Positions 61,762-64,000 of a stretch of DNA of 64,000 nucleotides are shown piece by piece. Within the stretch, counting starts at the first letter, position 1. Each line of letters opens with the position of its first letter. The stretch lies in NCBI GenBank assembly GCA_963813025.1, contig CAWEXO010000011.1, positions 128,001 to 192,000 of the forward strand. The letters run 5' to 3'. Source of the DNA: an uncultured Verrucomicrobiae bacterium (lineage in GTDB: Bacteria; Verrucomicrobiota; Verrucomicrobiia; Chthoniobacterales; JAFAMB01). A program made the position numbers and the translations under genes. The notes below the pieces were generated by a model. That model worked only from the letters and a program-made list of their open reading frames with translations, did not search any database and was not told where the DNA came from.

Positions 61762-62136
61762 ATGGCATTCTTCGGTCGGCGTTTCCGTCTTTGGCTGATG
61801 GCATGGCTGGTTATAGCCCTGCCGAATGCCGGCCACGCTCAAACACTGGTTGCTATCTGCAGGCTACCTTGTGCTGCCCCGGAGAAAGCCTGCCATTCCT
61901 GTTGCGGCGATCATCAGGCGAGTTGCGGGATGACGGTCGATAAGGCCGTGACCGCCAGTCCGATCAAAGCGGTAAGCGCCAGCGGCTCCGTAGTATCGGA
62001 TTTGACGTCAGATGCGCCCGGTGATCTGCCGCGTATTTTTCTGCCGTTAGTTCTGGCGGTGATCGGACGAGCCCTCAATCTCAGTCCGCCACCCGCCATC
62101 GATTTTCAAGCTACGCACTGCGCGCGGTTGTTGTGA
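61762..62136 (+). CDS. Small exported Cys-rich protein preceding the efflux operon
   Basis: Signal peptide, C..C..CHSCC..C, C-terminal SPPP..CARLL. Confidence 0.55.
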   Translation: MAFFGRRFRLWLMAWLVIALPNAGHAQTLVAICRLPCAAPEKACHSCCGDHQASCGMTVDKAVTASPIKAVSASGSVVSDLTSDAPGDLPRIFLPLVLAVIGRALNLSPPPAIDFQATHCARLL

Positions 62137-62249
62137 GAGCAAGGACCGGCCCGGGTTCCGCTTCTTTCGCGGAATGAGGTGACCGGTGCTCCGCATGCCC
62201 GGGTTCCTCCGCTCGAGGAGCCATATCTTGTATTTCGCGCTCTCACACG

Positions 62250-63671
62250 ATGAAGATCATTTTTCCTTCAGGAACATGCTCAGTGCCGGCCGTACGCGGA
62301 ACCAATAATTCCTGCGTAGGGCTCGCTCAAACCACCGAAGCAGGCTCGCTCAACCAGATAAAAGTTGGCGTGCTTCTGATCTACCTCCTTGCACCTGGCA
62401 CAACGATTCTGGCCAAGCAGCCACCGAAAACTTTCGGCGCCACGAAAGTTGATGAACTGACGTTAGACACCGTCGTCGCCGCTGCTTTGCAGAATAACCC
62501 GATGATTAAAGCTGCCCGAGCCAAATGGGAATCGGCAAAGCAAAGAGTCCCGCAGTCAGCGGCCTGGGAAGATCCGAAGCTGGGCGCGAATACGCTGCTT
62601 GGCCGGTTTGTCGACGTCTCGCGAAACGGTTTCAGCGACCAAATGGTGAGCGTCGAACAGATGATCCCGCTTTCTGGAAAGAACCGCAGCCGGGAACGCG
62701 TCGCCGCGGCAGAAGCGCTGGGGAGTTTCGAAGACTTCAGACGCCAGGAGCTGGACGTCGTTGCGAAAACGAAAGCAAGTTACTTTCGGCTAGCCAACCT
62801 CTACTCACTTTTGGATTTGAACCGCCAGGATCAGGCTGCACTCACGCAAACCCTGGCGGCAGGTAATGCAAAATTCGAAGTCGGAGCCGAGTCGCAGGCA
62901 GATCTATTAACCTCCGACGTTGAACTGCAGAAAATCATCGAAGCACGACGCGACCTTGAGCAGAAGATCTCGGACGAACAAACGACCCTGAAAGTGCTGA
63001 TGCACCGAGATCCCTTTTCGTCGCTGGGTCACCCGGTTTCGCCGGAGCCATTGCAATATGATCTTTCGTATCAGCGCTTACGAAGTCTTACCCTGGCAAA
63101 CCGCCCGGAAATTCGACAAGCGCAGGCAATGACGACCGCCGCTTCGGCCAAGGTTCAACTCGCCCACCGAGAGTGGATTCCTGATCCTTCGGTTAGTTTG
63201 GGAGCACAGCATTACAATGGTGGTTCGCAAGTCGTCAGCGAACTAAATGCCGGAGTTTCGATCAGTCTGCCGTGGTTCAATGGTAAAAAATACCGTGCAG
63301 GTGAACGCGAAGCTGAGAGCGATTTGCTTGCTGCCCAACAAACCTTCGATGGTGCGCAGACCGAGGCGCTGGGTTTGCTGCGTGACCAGCTGCAGAAGCT
63401 CGAGACGCTCCACCATCACATCGAGCTCTACCGGGATCGATTGCTGCCGAGCGCAGCTCAGACAGTTTCGGCAAATCAATCCGATTACGTGACCGGCAAA
63501 ACAACTTTGATTCAGGTGCTTATCTCGGAGAACAACCTCCGGGAGCTTAAGACAATGTATTACCAGGATACGGCGGACTACCAAGTCGCGATTGCCGAGT
63601 TAGAAGCTCTCATCGGAACAGATTTGAACGTAGCCGATCGCTCACACCGCCAGGAGCACAGCAGACAATGA
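62250..63671 (+). CDS. TolC-family outer-membrane efflux protein (CusC/CzcC-like)
   Basis: ALQNNPMI, WEDP, EQMIPLSGK, NRPEI, PD, ISLPW, LEALIG. Confidence 0.9.
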   Translation: MKIIFPSGTCSVPAVRGTNNSCVGLAQTTEAGSLNQIKVGVLLIYLLAPGTTILAKQPPKTFGATKVDELTLDTVVAAALQNNPMIKAARAKWESAKQRVPQSAAWEDPKLGANTLLGRFVDVSRNGFSDQMVSVEQMIPLSGKNRSRERVAAAEALGSFEDFRRQELDVVAKTKASYFRLANLYSLLDLNRQDQAALTQTLAAGNAKFEVGAESQADLLTSDVELQKIIEARRDLEQKISDEQTTLKVLMHRDPFSSLGHPVSPEPLQYDLSYQRLRSLTLANRPEIRQAQAMTTAASAKVQLAHREWIPDPSVSLGAQHYNGGSQVVSELNAGVSISLPWFNGKKYRAGEREAESDLLAAQQTFDGAQTEALGLLRDQLQKLETLHHHIELYRDRLLPSAAQTVSANQSDYVTGKTTLIQVLISENNLRELKTMYYQDTADYQVAIAELEALIGTDLNVADRSHRQEHSRQ

Positions 63672-64000
63672 AAACTCGTCTTTACCCGTTACCGGCAATC
63701 TTGCCCATCTTGCTCCTGGGATCTGGCCTGCTCAGCAGTTGCTCGAAGCCGGCGATAACGGCTGCTGCTGTTGATCAGGACGTCGACTACTACACCTGTA
63801 CAATGCATCCGTCGGTCCATTCGAGGACACCGGGGAAATGCCCGATTTGCTCCATGGATCTGGTGCCGGTAAAAAAGAAGAAAGTTGGGAATACCGAAAC
63901 GAAGATCGTAGCCACCGCGCAGTCGGGCGCCGGGTCCATGGGAGATATGAAGATGGGTTCGGCCGGCCAGAAACCCGGCGAATCGAGCGAATTCACGGTC
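63668..64000 (+). CDS. CusB-like RND periplasmic adaptor with heavy-metal-binding domain (runs off the window end)
   Basis: Manual translation from ATG 63668: lipobox LSSC, YYTCTMHPSVHSRTPGKCPICSMDLVP, Met-rich linker. Confidence 0.85.
   Translation, partial: MKTRLYPLPAILPILLLGSGLLSSCSKPAITAAAVDQDVDYYTCTMHPSVHSRTPGKCPICSMDLVPVKKKKVGNTETKIVATAQSGAGSMGDMKMGSAGQKPGESSEFTV

Noticed and set aside
38900..64000. Integrase-type island at tRNA-His
   Set aside because: No integrase and no duplicated tRNA 3' end seen in the window; only IS accumulation is supported.
1..64000. CRISPR arrays, rRNA, riboswitches, integron attC arrays
   Set aside because: No regularly spaced repeats or recognisable conserved RNA motifs seen by eye; an Rfam/IntegronFinder scan would be needed to exclude them.

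Overview
Bacterial chromosomal window, about 55-60% GC by eye. The gene content (DUF5069, DUF192/purK, iscA-hscB-hscA, lineage-typical lipoproteins) suggests a soil Verrucomicrobiota/Chthoniobacterales genome; this is inference. Many single-base frameshifts, some in housekeeping genes, look like long-read consensus errors. 1-9.6 kb: housekeeping genes (polX, DUF192, purK, dusB, MATE, iscA-hscB-hscA). 9.75-21.9 kb: a co-directional operon for a divergent type IV secretion system (VirB2-B3-B4-lipoprotein-B5-B6-[IS630]-B8-B9-B10-TraV-like lipoprotein). It ends in a stand-alone ClpA/B-type D2 AAA+ ATPase and has no VirB11, VirD4, relaxase or integrase in the window; this is the most novel-looking system here. 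22-30 kb: nadC-birA, a perfect REP doublet, phoR/phoB-like genes and rhamnose catabolism genes. 30-35 kb: a receptor-less, CheW-less chemosensory-like operon (binding protein, membrane Hpt-CheA-like kinase, CheY, CheX). 35-64 kb: accessory region with gene relics, tRNA-His, an IS5/ISNCY element that carries a DUF6788 gene and is interrupted by an IS3, a second IS630, sugar/redox enzymes, a GluR0-like channel and a metal-resistance locus (RcnR-type repressor, non-canonical P1B ATPase, TolC and CusB-like adaptor). No CRISPR array or rRNA was seen.
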